A model generated the notes under the pieces. The model worked only from the letters and a program-made list of their open reading frames with translations. It was not told where the DNA came from and ran no database searches. From contig NC_135664.1 in NCBI RefSeq assembly GCF_964188315.1, forward strand, positions 51,646,001-51,710,000: a stretch of DNA of 64,000 nucleotides, in the 5' to 3' direction. Shown piece after piece: positions 48,630-61,252 of this stretch (its first letter is position 1; every line of letters starts with the position of its first letter). The DNA comes from Podarcis muralis (taxonomy: Eukaryota). A program made the translations under genes and the position numbers.

Positions 48630-48800
48630 CTCACCTTTTCCCCTGGCAAGACTCTGAAGATGGTTTGGAAACTTAAACTGGTGCAGAATTCAGCAGCCAG
48701 GTGGCTCACTGGGGCAAGCCTATAACACCAATTCTGTCACAACTGTACTGGTTGCTGATTAGGTTCTGGGCCCAATTCAAAGCGCTAGAACCTGGTAGAT
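47880..48800 (+). mobile_element. L2 ORF2 fragment interrupted by an L1-like insertion and (ATT)n (approximate)
   Basis: L2-type coding remnants on both sides: gctctggtaaactctagattagattat (ALVNSRLDY) before the insert; ttatacatgggactgcct and aaacttaaactggtgcagaattcagcagccagg after it. Confidence 0.65.
48136..48547 (-). mobile_element. L1/Tx1-like 3' fragment inserted into L2
   Basis: T-rich (reverse poly-A) left end. Flanked by near-duplicate tagattagattatta / tagattaaattatta, a probable TSD. Confidence 0.55.
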
Positions 48801-51075
48801 ATAAATAGTGATTTCCAAAAGGTGAGTCTAGTGGAAAGTGTTTCCCCAAAATAGGCATTTCAAATAATTCATTTTAAAACTCAAATTCAGTTTTAAGTTC
48901 CCTCATGCCCACTATGGGCAGATCAACATCAGTTTTCTCCCCAGAGAGCTACAATTCTCAGCTTCCTTAAGCTACAGTTCTCAGGATTCTTAGGGGGAAA
49001 TAAATGTGTGTTGGGTGTGCTTTAAATGTATAATCTGGATTAGTCCCCAACTGGCACCAAGCAAAACCATGTTTGCGCTGCATATTTTCAGAAACTCTTC
49101 AATACATGTTTGAACTGACTCCATAGCTCACTTTTACAGTTGCAATAAACCATATTTCATAGTGCACAGAAATACTGGCTTTTGTTGACCAAAAATTAAA
49201 ATCTATTCCTCGCCTAGCCAGCAGATAAGGTTCTAAAAGTTGGCTACTGCATTCCCATCTAACTGTATTCTCGCTAGCCACAAGGGATAATGCCCTCCAG
49301 ATAATTTGGTAGTGCAATATATTTTGCAAGATAAGTCTTTGTTTTCCCTTTTTCCGAGCTTCTCCCCTCTTTTTGTGCTCAGTTTTGCTCATTTCTCTTG
49401 TAAGCTGTCTGGACAGGGAGAAAGGCTTTAGTTTTAGGCAATTCTCTCCTTTTTTTCAGCCTCCCTTTTATTGAATTCCAACCTCCATTTTCTTTTTCTT
49501 TTTTTTTAAATGGGAACATCATTTATCTTGGACTTTAAGTTGCAGAGGCCTGCAAGGGGCTTCTTTTTCTCTTTCCCAGCTGCATTTGTTGACACACACA
49601 CAGTCATTCTGGGCTTGAGGTTTCTCTCTCTCCCCCCCCCCCCCATGTCCTCCATCACCCCCCCCCCCACAAAAGCAAGCCATAAAGAATCTACAGCTGT
49701 GCCCTTTATTAGCATAGTCATTCTAAGCACAAGAAGGAGAAAGAGACTAAATATATTACAGCCATTACCTCCGTCAAAAAGTGACAATTTAAAAACATTT
49801 TAGCTTTTCACTGGGAAAGCCAGGAGAACAAAAGCAAGAGCTATTAATTTTTTTGTAAACGCTTTTTAAAATATGGGTCACTTGGCCGTAATCAAGCAAA
49901 AGTGCGGAAGAGTTCAGAGCTTGAGAAAAGCTTGTCAGATATTAGTTCTCTGAAGAATAAAAAAGAGAAAGCAACAATCAGGCTTCATAATATGCTAATT
50001 TGTACAAAACACACAACAGTGTGATGTGTGCCCAGGAAGATGTGGGTTTGTTTGGCTCTGTTCTCACCAATTCCATCTTGTATAATGCATGCATATAGCA
50101 ATTTGGAATGAGCAAACCTTTCTTCTCCAGTTGGGAGTTAAAGACAGCTCAATAACAATAAATAAAAGAACAGCATTTGTGTTTTGTAAAAGAAAGTACT
50201 AATTGCCCTTAAAGAGGTCTAGAAATCTGGAAGGAAAGCATTCATCCCAACTGTCCTTATTTACGGTTGACATTTCTAGAAGTTGTTGTTGGTAAATTAT
50301 CTCTGGTTTGGCCTTTTAGGAATGGTTTGTTAAAATGTTTGTAAGTGCAAGTTAACGGTGCTGCAATTCTTCCATTTTCAGCACTCTCTCACCCCATGCT
50401 CTCTCAAACAATTCCCAATCTTTTGGCGGTTAGATTTTCAAAATCTAACAAACTGTCATGGGCACCACCAAATACCTTTGCCCTTCCATTGGCAGAGAAG
50501 TTGGTGGTGCTGACCCATGACAAGGCCTTCTTGATGGTAGCTCCCAATTTGTGGAATAATCTCCCTGAGGCACATCTGCTTTCCTCATTATAAACCTAGA
50601 GGCGGAATTTAAAAGCATTCCTCTTCATCCAACAGGAGAGACAGATATTGTTCTGGGCAATCTTTAAATTATTAGCTGTTTGGATAGGCAGATGTTTACA
50701 GATATTATTCATGAGTGGTCTTCAACTAACTATTACTCAGAGCACTGAAATGAATGAGTTAGATTTATTAATATAAATAGGCCTGGCTCTGCATAAAGCT
50801 TAGTTGAATGCCACCCAATGTTTTGAAATGTTTATTTTTTTAAAATTGCATTGTTTTAAAATTGTCGCTTTGTTGTTTGTGTTCCTCTGGGCTTCTCTGG
50901 GAAGAAGGAAGGATGAATTTTTCAAACAATAATAATTAATGTCATAGACAAAAAAATGGATAATGTTCAGAATCTCCCCCCCCCCCAAATAAATTAAAAC
51001 AGGCAAAAAAGCAGGGAACACCTCCAAATCACACAAAATCCTCCCAAACAACAGCAAGATGTCAATAACTCTTAC

Positions 51076-51076
<1 letters not shown>

Positions 51077-51114
<38 letters not shown>
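51077..51114. repeat. (ATT)n microsatellite
   Basis: Seen directly. Explains the poly-Ile ORF at 50800-51192. Confidence 0.92.
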
Positions 51115-51116
<2 letters not shown>

Positions 51117-52122
51117 GACAGGTGCAGGGAAGGGTGTTTGTCTGGGTGTACTGGGGGGACTCCAGCATTAGAAGATAACAGTATGATCCCACACATATTT
51201 ATTCAGAAACTTTATTTAGTGCAGTTTACTCTCAGGTAAGTATTATATGGTTGGCACATCTATCTGTGATGGGACTGGATACATCTTAGAGGACACACCT
51301 ACAAATTCATGGGCATGAATGCTGAAGTACTACGTAGGGCATAGCCTGTTAATTTTACAACCTGTTGCAGTTATCATATGGAACCGTTGAAATCATTATT
51401 CGACAACCATGCTTTTCTAGCAGATTTTAAATTAAGACAAACTATCATACTTTTGCCTTTTAAATTAGTAGAGGAATACATTTTAATCTGTCTGCTTTTA
51501 ATCAAGTTAATGTTTCTTCCATAGAATGGTGCTTCAATGATTTTTCTATGTTATAAGGAGAACCTAAACTTGAGATCAGTTGGTCTGTTCTGCTCCTTTA
51601 CTTTTACATACCCTCCAATGTTTCTCCGATGAAAATAGGGATGTCTCATTCCATACTGATAATTTTACTATTTATACTCCACATCTAATTGGGTTGCCTC
51701 AGCCACTCTGGGCAGCTTCCAACATATATAAAAACATAAAAAAGCATTAAAAAAACCACTTCCCTATACAGGATTGCCTTCAGACGGCTTAGGGGTCAGA
51801 TAATTCCATACCCTCCAACATTTCTCCAATGAAAATAGGGACTTCCTAATGAAAAGTGACACATTCTGGGATCAAATCAGAAACCGGGACGGCTTCTCTA
51901 AATCATGGACATCCCTGGAAATTAGGGGCGCTTGGAGGGTCTTCTTTTGGCGGCTGTGAATTTTGATAGACATGCCTTTCTATCACAGTGGTTTCTGTGT
52001 GATGTAACAGTGTGATGTAAAAGTCAAATTAATTTCAGAACTTGCTGATCCAAAGGCTGCATACCTGGCTGGCAGAAATCAGTTTCTTTTTCTAAAAATC
52101 CCAAAGCAAATATTAGCAATTA

Positions 52123-52294
52123 CTGTATTTTTCCGTGTATAAGACACCCTCATGTATAAGATGCCCCCTATTTTGGGGGGCTCCAAATTAAGAAAACACC
52201 CCTCAGCACTACCTGTGTATAAGACGAGCCCCTATTTTAAACCTATTTTTTTTTGTAAAAAAAACACCCTAGTCTTATACATGGAAAAATACGG
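52123..52294. mobile_element. Tc2/pogo-like MITE
   Basis: Ends ta-ctgtatttttccgtgtataagac and gtcttatacatggaaaaatacgg-ta. Confidence 0.82.
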
Positions 52295-55109
52295 TATTTT
52301 CCATTAACAGATTCTAGGGAGATGCTGACATACCTGCTCATTTGTGGGATGCTCTCTCCAGAGAGGCTCACCTGGCGCCATCATTATACATCTTTAGGCA
52401 CCAGGTGAAAATGTTTCTCTATAACCAGGCCTTTGGCTGATTAACATTCTATGCATTTTAAAATGTGCTGGGGGGGGTGCTATTGGTTTGTTTTTGTTTT
52501 AATGTGTATTTTGTATTTTTATGTTGTGAACTGCCCTGTGATCTTTGGATGAAGAGTGGTATGCACATGTAATGTAATAAAATAAAAATGTGTATCTTTC
52601 ACATGTGCATTAGAAAAGACTCAGTCTTGCACCTTGGCTTGTTTAACTTTTTATTCATCAAAGATTTGTAAAGTCTGCTTTTCCACAGTTTGAGCAGTAG
52701 AACAGTCTTTTTACAGCCTGTCTTATTAAAGTCCAGGATTTCATTAGCTGTTTTGTGCTAAGAGAATCTGATGGAATTCTCATTTAGAATTCTGCATACA
52801 CTACAGTTTACTTTGCTCTTTCTGAATAAGATGCAAGAGGTGGATTAATATGGTAATGTTTGCTCTACTGGAAGGGGGGGGGGGGAGGGAATGTCGTACA
52901 TTAAAACCATTGTGGGTATTTACTATTTTAGCGAGGTAGCTCATAGCCATTAATTTAAAAAATGACAATTGGGTAGTGATTAAAATAGAACTCATTAAAA
53001 ACTTTTGGCAGGTCTACATATACAAAATCCATATTAAGTAAAAAAGAAAAAGAAAAATGGCCTCACATTAAAATGTGGTTTTTAAAATGGCAGCTTCTTT
53101 GCATTATTAATATAAAGGATAGAATTCAGCATTGCACCATTACAAACATTTCCTTCAAGCAAGATTGTTCTGGTGTTCTCCTGATTCACCCAGAGCCAGT
53201 TTTAGGGGAAATCCCCATGGTATAAGCAGAAGCCATTGTGCAGGCCTCTTGTTGACAGGATTTGATAGTGAATCCTGCCCAGTTGTTTTTTTAAAAAATG
53301 TTTTTAAATTTTTTTTTTAAATTTTAAAAAATCAATATCCACAGTTGTTGAAAAACTGAGGGAAAAACAATGATGCCTGTGTTGATGTGATTGCATAACA
53401 TCGTAATAATGATGTCCATGCAGTATTGGGGAATTGAGGCAGGTTCATCACCTTCTAGAATAGTTTTGCTATCTCTTTTTCTCTGTTCCCGCTGAAGAAA
53501 AAGGAGCATTGTTCTGACACACACACATTTCTTATCTGACTGTCAAGGGAAGCAGCACAGAGCTGCAGGAGACAGTGAAGGTATATGCCTTGACCACTGG
53601 AAGCTACTGCCCTCCAGCTTCAGTTTTTTAGCCCACTTTTGTATACTTAAACTTTCATTCTAGCATCAAATGCTAAAAAGTTTTTTTAAAGGTTGCCAAA
53701 GCTTGTGAATTCTGCACAAAGCATCTGCACCATGCAAATCACAGAATCGTGCAACATATATAGAGTTGCGTATAAGAATACAGATGTGCTCTTACATCAG
53801 ACACACAATTTATACACTTGTTATAATAGGATCCCTTGAGTTCACACTTGTTTTGCAAAGAATACCAAGGAGACCGGTATCAAGAAGCAGAGGCTGATTT
53901 CATTTCCCTTGCTTCCTTTCTACTCCCTTTTCAACAGACGATTTGTGCAAGATCTCTGTTCCCCTCCAAACTGTGACATTTTAGAGCAATTCCTATAAGC
54001 TCTTTACAAGAGGAAAGCTTGTATTCATGTTACCCCACCTGTAGACTTGTTTAAAAACAAGAGAGCTTTAGAACAGGAAAACCTCAAGTATGTTGGAGAA
54101 TCTTAATGCAGAACTACCAACAACTTAACTCACTTTCTCCATGCCCTTTGCCCCTGAGGCAGGAAGAATTATACAGTCATCATCTACAATATTAGATCTG
54201 ATGGAGCTGGGGTAAGAAGTGCAAAGGGAAATATGTTGGCCAATAAAGGCCCAGAGACTGTACTATTAGTTGGCTACTGTGAATAGGTCTGATGGAGGAA
54301 CGTGATGGATTCACCATGGATTGGTAAAATTGGTACAGGGGCCTCTTTTCAGTCTGCCCTGGAAATCATGGCTAAGCATAGAATCATAGCTGCAAAAAAC
54401 CATGAGAGTCACCTAGTCCAACCCCTTGCAATGTCAGAATCTTTTGCCAAGTGAGGGGTTTGAACCCACAAACCTGAGATTAAAAGTCCCATGCTGTACT
54501 GACTGAACTATCCCAGGTCCTTAAACGCCATGTAAACTCCCCACAACGTGGCACCGATCCACACAAATGACAACTGCACACGACTGCCATAGCAGGCTGC
54601 ATACTCCCAATGATGACTGCATGGTGGCTACTTGGTATAAAACCAGCCCATAGAATAGATAATGACTTATTGGTGCTCAAACCATGCAAAGCAACAGCTA
54701 TTGGACAGCAATCACTTCATCAACTTAATTTTTTTACCAACTTATTCCTAAATAAAGATACAAACAATACTATATGTGGTTGGGTGAAGAACAAACACAA
54801 TAGGTTGTATCCATCAAAGTTCAATTCACAGCAGATCCACTGACCTTAATAGACCAAAGTCCATTAACTTCCATGGGTCTGTAGAACTAGTTTTGGGTAC
54901 AGTCCAATGACTGGAACCATGAATTATCCCATCAAGCAATTTAGACAGTCGTGATTGTAGTAATTTAAAGACATTTCTTTAAAAGAAACATTGGGATGGG
55001 AGTGTCAAGATGATCTCTGGAGAACGGTGTGATGGGGTGAATGAAGCCTGTTTGGCTGAAGAGGCTTCAGCATAAAACTAGTTGTGGCTGCAAATTCATG
55101 AAATTCACT

Positions 55110-55486
55110 GTGTTAGCAACACCCTAGTGGTCCCGGGCCCTAAGGAAGTTAGATTAGCCTCAACCAGAGCCAGGGCCTTTTCAACACTGGCTCCGGCCTG
55201 GTGGAATGCTCTGTCTCATGAGACCAGGGCCCTGTGGGATCTGATTTCTTTCCGCAGGGCCTGTAAGACAAAGCTGTGCCGCCTGGCCTTTGGCTTAGAA
55301 TCAATTTGATTCCCTCCCCCTCTTTCTTTTTTCCTTTCACCTCCTGTGAAGAGGCTGCATCTTAATGTTTTATTTTAATCTTGTTTTTTAAGTTGTATTT
55401 TAATCAACTTGTTTTTATTATTGGTTGTTAGCCGCCCTGAGCCTGGTCTTGGCTGGGGAGGGCGGGGTATAAATAAAATAATAACA

Positions 55487-55530
<44 letters not shown>
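55110..55530 (+). mobile_element. L2 LINE 3' end with (ATT)n tail
   Basis: ORF 55082-55309 has RARAFSTLAPAWWNAL...SFRRACKT, the L2 ORF2 C-terminus. Ends gggcggggtataaataaa(ATT)n. Confidence 0.8.
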
Positions 55531-55533
<3 letters not shown>

Positions 55534-56046
55534 TAAGTCTTGCCTCAATGTATTGAACCCAAACTTATTACAGACAGGGAAATGAATTGAGCAAGGACAC
55601 AATCTACTAGGAAGTTCTACAGTGGAAACCCCATTGAAGTTAGCAAACACTTCTTGGTAGATTAAGGAGGAAAGGAGGAGTGGCGAAATGACATGGGAAT
55701 TTCAGTTCTAAAAATTCACAATGCTACATATTTAATTTATATAAAGTTTTATTGATAGAATGCAACACTTCCTCCACTGAGCATTTATTATAGTTAGGTT
55801 CTTTCCACATAAGCAACATAATTCAACACAATCTGCCCTCTATTTCCATTGCTTCATACATTAGAGACTATTTTCATACATAATTCTTTATAAAGACATC
55901 CGAGCAGCAAAAAAGGAATGTTTAACACGGCATTTTCCAAACTCTTTAGTTTAAGCCTCTATCAAGCCTTGTCAACCCATGTTTTCAGGCCAGCCACTGT
56001 CCCAAGACCAGGGGGTGGTTTTTTTAAACAGAATTATTCACCTACG

Positions 56047-56182
56047 CAGGCATGGCCAAACTTGACCCTCCAGCTGTTTTGGGACTACAACTCCCATCAT
56101 CCCTAGCTAATAGGCCCAGTGGTCAGGGATGATGGGAATTGTAGTCCCAAAACAGCTGCAGGGCCAGGTTTGGCCATGCCTG
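56047..56182. mobile_element. Palindromic hAT MITE, same family as 26378-26513, about 660 nt downstream of the RIC8B stop
   Basis: TIRs CAGGCATGGCCAAAC and GTTTGGCCATGCCTG, with an internal long inverted repeat. Confidence 0.88.
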
Positions 56183-56841
56183 ACCTAGGCCATGTAGAGA
56201 GCCCCTCTGCAGTGACAGGATTCAAGCCCATTATCTAATCTGGATCTGGGGACAAATGAAAGTGTTCTAATAAAAGAGATATTCAGTTGATCAAAATCTG
56301 AATGCTTTTATAAGACTTGGCCATCCTTCAGAGACTGTTTAATTATGACAGCCAGGCACGTACACATACACACACACAGACCTGAGATATAAAAACTGCG
56401 CTGTTTGGGTAGCTTGTTCCTAAGCCAGTGACAATTTTACTGTGTCAACTTTTATTTAACATTTCCCCTAACATGTATTTAACATTTATCCATCTAATTA
56501 GGCAATCTATTTCCTGCCTTTTGACAGAGGGCTGATGTAAGGCATCTAAAAAAAGGGGTGTGTGTATCAGATAAATATTAACATTTATTTATTTTTCAAT
56601 TTCACACTACACTTTTCATCCCACTGAAATACAATTAGCTTTTAAGTTAATAAATGGGGTGTTTCGTTGCTATATAAATCGAGGCCTTAGAAATGCTAGT
56701 ATAGTTACACCACAAAATTTATAATTCAATCCATTTTGATGGATAAAACATTTGCTGCAACACTGAAGGGTCTAATATTTAGATAATAAAAGATGGTGTG
56801 GGTGAAGGGAAGGTGGGTGAGAAAGAAAAGCAGCTGATATT

Positions 56842-56953
56842 CTAGTCAGAGTCTGAACTCTCTTGCTCGTTGGTCTGATACTGACAGACTACTTCTTCCA
56901 AAGGCGTCATTGTGCCATCTGGTCGCACTCCCATTGGTGTTATAACCTTGTCC
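56842..56953 (-). CDS. RIC8B: RIC8B terminal coding exon
   Basis: (R)DKVITPMGVRPDGTMTPLEEVVCQYQTNEQESSDSD*. Acceptor ttttcttatttgcag|. Phase 2 matches the preceding exon. The PMG..PDG...PLEE motif is typical of the Ric-8B C-terminus. Confidence 0.92.
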
Positions 56954-57344
56954 CTGCAAATAAGAAAAGTATATAAGTTTTTTTTTATTAAAAAAAAGAG
57001 CAGAGAGAACTAGCCTATTCACCTCACAGGGAACGTGCCTCCACAACATACTTGTACGTGTAATGCTCAGCTACTCAAGTGTGATTTTTCTGCTCTCATA
57101 ATTCAAGATCACTTCAGTAGCTCTGTGCATCAGATTAATTGTAGGCCTACAACAAAACTATAGGTTTCCCAAACTTCCGCCAAAGGTGGATGAAATCACT
57201 TTTATCTCTACCACAGTGCCAACATTTGCCATCTCTTCTCCTCATTTCCCCACTAGGTAGCTTTTGAAAAAGCAGATCTTATTAAAAAGAGAATTCAAAA
57301 TGTCTTCTGATGCATATTTTTCTGGTCCATGGTCACCAACACTC

Positions 57345-57346
<2 letters not shown>

Positions 57347-57397
<51 letters not shown>
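57347..57397. repeat. (TA)n microsatellite
   Basis: Seen directly. Confidence 0.95.
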
Positions 57398-57399
<2 letters not shown>

Positions 57400-59580
57400 C
57401 TGTGAAATCTCATAGAATCCCCTCTTGTTTTTGTTGAATTATGTAAGTAAAATAAAATCAAATAAACCCAAACCATCAGAAGCAAGCACTGTATATTATA
57501 ACTGGTAAAAACCCTGGAAAAATAGTCAGAAACCTAATAGAATGGATTTAGTAAGGAAACTCTGGGAACAAATGACTAAAAACAGAAAAATGTTTAGAAA
57601 TTATAAGGAGTTTGAATTTAGTAACACAATGTACAAAAAAGGATTAAAAATCTCAAGGAGTAGATCATTTGTTTATTTAAAAGAAGGAAAGGAATGAAAA
57701 GAAGTACCCTCTCTTGCTCTGAAGCATAATTAGGTAATAACATGTTTTATATTTATTGACAATTTGTCATAATTTTAATATGTATATTTAGAAGTATATA
57801 AAAGCATTAGCAAATCGACCAATTATGCATATACTGAACTGTATGTTTTCATTAGATAAGGAATAATTATCTAAATGAAAAAGCCAACACTAATTGGGGG
57901 GGGGGAATCCAGATATTAAGTCATTCTCATTTTTGAGGGAGCTCAAATCCTTACTATGAAAGGGTGAACAGAGCTTCATACAAAATTGATTGGTGGGGGA
58001 AACAGGAGCACAACACTAATAAAGACCTAATTCAGGCAGGCCACATTCATGGAGCCAATTAAGACCAATATGAAAAAAAGAAAAGTCAACCACTAATGGG
58101 CTGAGGACAAAGAACAGGTTCTCTGTTTAAGTAAAAATAGGGAAATAAAGAAACTGCCTTTGTTAATTCTTAAATCCTGCTAACATGGCTGTCGATATCC
58201 CACCTGTCATGTGGGGAGCAGCTACCCCTCCTGCTTAAAACCACAACTGCATACATATTCATTTCACTGAGTGAAAGTAGTCAGTCAGGAAAAGAGATCT
58301 GGGCTACACAGCCAGCCTCTAGTGGTGCTTAAGGACTTGTGGATTCATTTAGATTCAGTCAGCTTTCTCTCGCTCTCTGCCGCCCCTCCTTTTTCTTTTT
58401 TAAACTGTTGCTTTTGTTTGCAGCTGTTTAATTACAGGATTGACAGCCATTTTAATCTCTTCAAAGCTCTGAAGGCCTCTCACAGCTAATCCAATTATAT
58501 CTACTCCACAAGCTACAGCCTCATGTAAAGATGATTAATTATTGATTAAGCCAATCAAACAGTATTAGCAAAGATTTATTTAAGCCTTTCATTGCCTCAC
58601 ATCTGATTATAATCTCGTTTATTATATGTGGATTATGGAAAAAGCTGTAAGGCCAAGGAGGGCAACATTTTGATCCTCCAAAACACACACACACACACCC
58701 CACACCCTATCACCCCCACACCATATTTTCAGAGATTATTTTTTTAAGAATACATCACTCTTCATAGGTGTCTCTCAGGTGTTTCAAAACTGGTTTAGGA
58801 GAGGCCCATCACAGTGTCAAAATTGGTTATACAAAGAATGAAATCACCAAGATTATGAGAGAGACATGAAATAGGGAACTTTGAGCCAAACAACTTCCAC
58901 CAATTAAGGCTGCAACCCCTATACTATACAAGTTCCATTGAGCTTAATGGAGCTCATTTTTGATTAAACATATATAACGGAGTGCACTGTAAGTGAGTGA
59001 TGTCAGGGAAGCAGGAAAAGTACCAATTTATTATAAAATATAGCCACAAACCCAATAGCGCAGCAACACATGTTCTGAGTAATGCAGGTGCAGGAAGATT
59101 ACAGGAAAATTAAAATAGTGGACTTCATTCCTATGCAATACTTCCGTAATACAGAACTACTTGCCACATTCCAAAAACCTGACCACCACAGGGTAGAAAT
59201 TTTAGCTCTGTCCTCTAAAATATGAAGTACGGCTCATAGTCCATCACTCTAAGAAAACTATTTCACACACAGAATATTTTAATCTTCTAAATGAAGCAAA
59301 GGGGAAATCATCAGAACCAAACATTTTGCAAGGCAGAATTATGACTTCTGGGGCACTTTTCATAATTTTTTCCCCAAACAGAGACACATGTATTAATATA
59401 TTTTATGAACATGTTTGACTGACCCTTGATTGAGAACTGCCAAATAAGTTTGGAGGATTTTTTATAAATAAAAAAGGATTATATTCAACAATTCTTAGAA
59501 AACATGCCATAATGAAAACCTTAACATGATGCATTCTCCTTCTCTGTTAGCAGATACCCCATTAATCCCTTCAGATTCAC

Positions 59581-59725
59581 CTACACAATCTTTGCTTCTG
59601 CCTCCTGCTTGCCATTTAGCTTGATAACGACTCCAAAACCATTCCCTTGTTTTCAAGGGTCTTTCTTTCTTGCCTGCCCTGTGCACAACAGGTCAGTGTT
59701 AACACATGGAACTAATGGCGGTTCT
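59581..59725 (-). other. Candidate PTC-containing cassette exon in the last RIC8B intron
   Basis: Acceptor tgattgtttcattacag| and donor GTGTAG|gtgaat. In the RIC8B frame it reads (R)EPPLVPCVNTDLLCTGQARKKDP* with TGA at 59655-59653. Confidence 0.35.
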
Positions 59726-60559
59726 CTGTAATGAAACAATCACATTGCAAACACCGGCCTGTTCCTTTGATAAAATAGTGTATTGGGGACCTATTCACCT
59801 CCCTATAATTGAGTGCTACATAATAGTGCCGATCCTTTTATGTACAATATTTTGTTCCACAATTAGAAAAGGCGAGGAAAAACCTATGGAAGCGTTGCTT
59901 TCTTCAGTCACTGCCATGATTAATTCTGTATTTTTAATGAGTAAGGCTGCTACTTAGGCCAGTTCTGTGGCATACTTGTTTTGTTGACTTCGTGTCAATG
60001 TACAACAAAACCCAAACTATGGTAATTGGGACTGTTTCATCAGCAAAAGCATTCCTGCTATTAATACAACATTGGCTTGGAAAAAGCACTCTGTCGTTTT
60101 AATTCAGACTATTAATTCATAACTGTGCCACCAATTTATAACTGCAGGAAAAAGTATTTAATAAGCATTTTAATTAATACGGAAAACATCCAGGCATGCA
60201 TGATGTGCAAACACAAAGAATTGCAGACTAGTTGTTTAATTTAGCTATATTTTACATTTTATAAAACAGAGGGCAGTTTTGGGAATGCCAGTGTTTGACA
60301 GATTAGGAAAAACAGATTCTTAAACATTAGATATCTAGCACTCTTCTGGAATACTGTGCAAAGCTTTCTACTGCTACTCTTTGAGTATTTACATGATTCA
60401 TCATTTAAAAGGAATCCTACTAAGACTCTCCAAGTCAAACAACCTTGATATTCTTCATAACATCTAAATTATGAAGAAAATGTTTCTAGACCCAAAAGAA
60501 TACAAAACATTTATCCAATTATTTGGAAAGCTTCATGCTCATATATGGCTATTGAGGAA

Positions 60560-61000
60560 TATTTGGGTTTGTGCATTTGCAGCAGCACAGTTGGATGTCT
60601 TCATTTGCCCCAGCTGCAACAAAACATATCTTTCCCATATCAGTCTCTACAGCCACAGCAGGCACTACAACCTTCCAACAGCTTCATCTCACCCCCAAAG
60701 GCACACTCCTCCATTGTCTCTCGAAATAGAAGGATGCCAACTAGCTTCCAAAGCTCCAGGTAACCTCATCAAGCAGCTTCATACAGATGTCAAACAGCAC
60801 TGGAGATGGAATGGAACCCTGAGGAAACCCATGGATTAACTTCCACAGGGTCAATCAAACAGAAGCCTCTCAATGCTATCCTCTGGAACTGGCCTGGTTT
60901 GCAGAACCACTGCAAAACTGTGCCTTCTGCTTCCAACCCACCGAGTGTGTCCAGTAAAATACTATGGCTGATGGTACTAAAAACCACTGACAGGTCCAGG
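60560..61000 (-). mobile_element. Degraded L2 ORF2 fragments (approximate)
   Basis: Reverse ORF 60790-60987 (FSTISHSILLDTL...GTVLQWF) resembles the L2 RT segment around the FDTI.H..LL motif. Confidence 0.55.
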
Positions 61001-61132
61001 AAAATTAATAAGAGACTCCATCTATCTCAGAAATCATCTGTCAGGGCTACCCAGGCCATTTTAGTCTCAAGCCCAATCTATAGAGCCAAAGAATTTCTCC
61101 CTCAGAAATGAAAAGCAACTTAGTTACATTAC

Positions 61133-61252
61133 CTAGAAAGCTTATCAAACATATTGACAAGTTTCATTGCTTCATATTCTTTTTGTTCTTCAGTCATTTC
61201 GTCCATTGGGTTGGGCATTGGTTCTTCTAAATGACCTGTAATAAGGTTTATG
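61133..61252 (-). CDS. RIC8B: RIC8B penultimate coding exon, 120 nt
   Basis: (N)[39 protein letters not shown](R). Donor TCTAG|gtaatg at 61132. Phase 2/2. Confidence 0.97.

Noticed and set aside
40000-56800. Searched for a second RIC8B terminal exon matching the recalled human tail (EELLKPMGLKPDG...)
   Set aside because: Not found by eye. The exon at 56842-56953 appears to be the single orthologous terminal exon with a diverged sequence.
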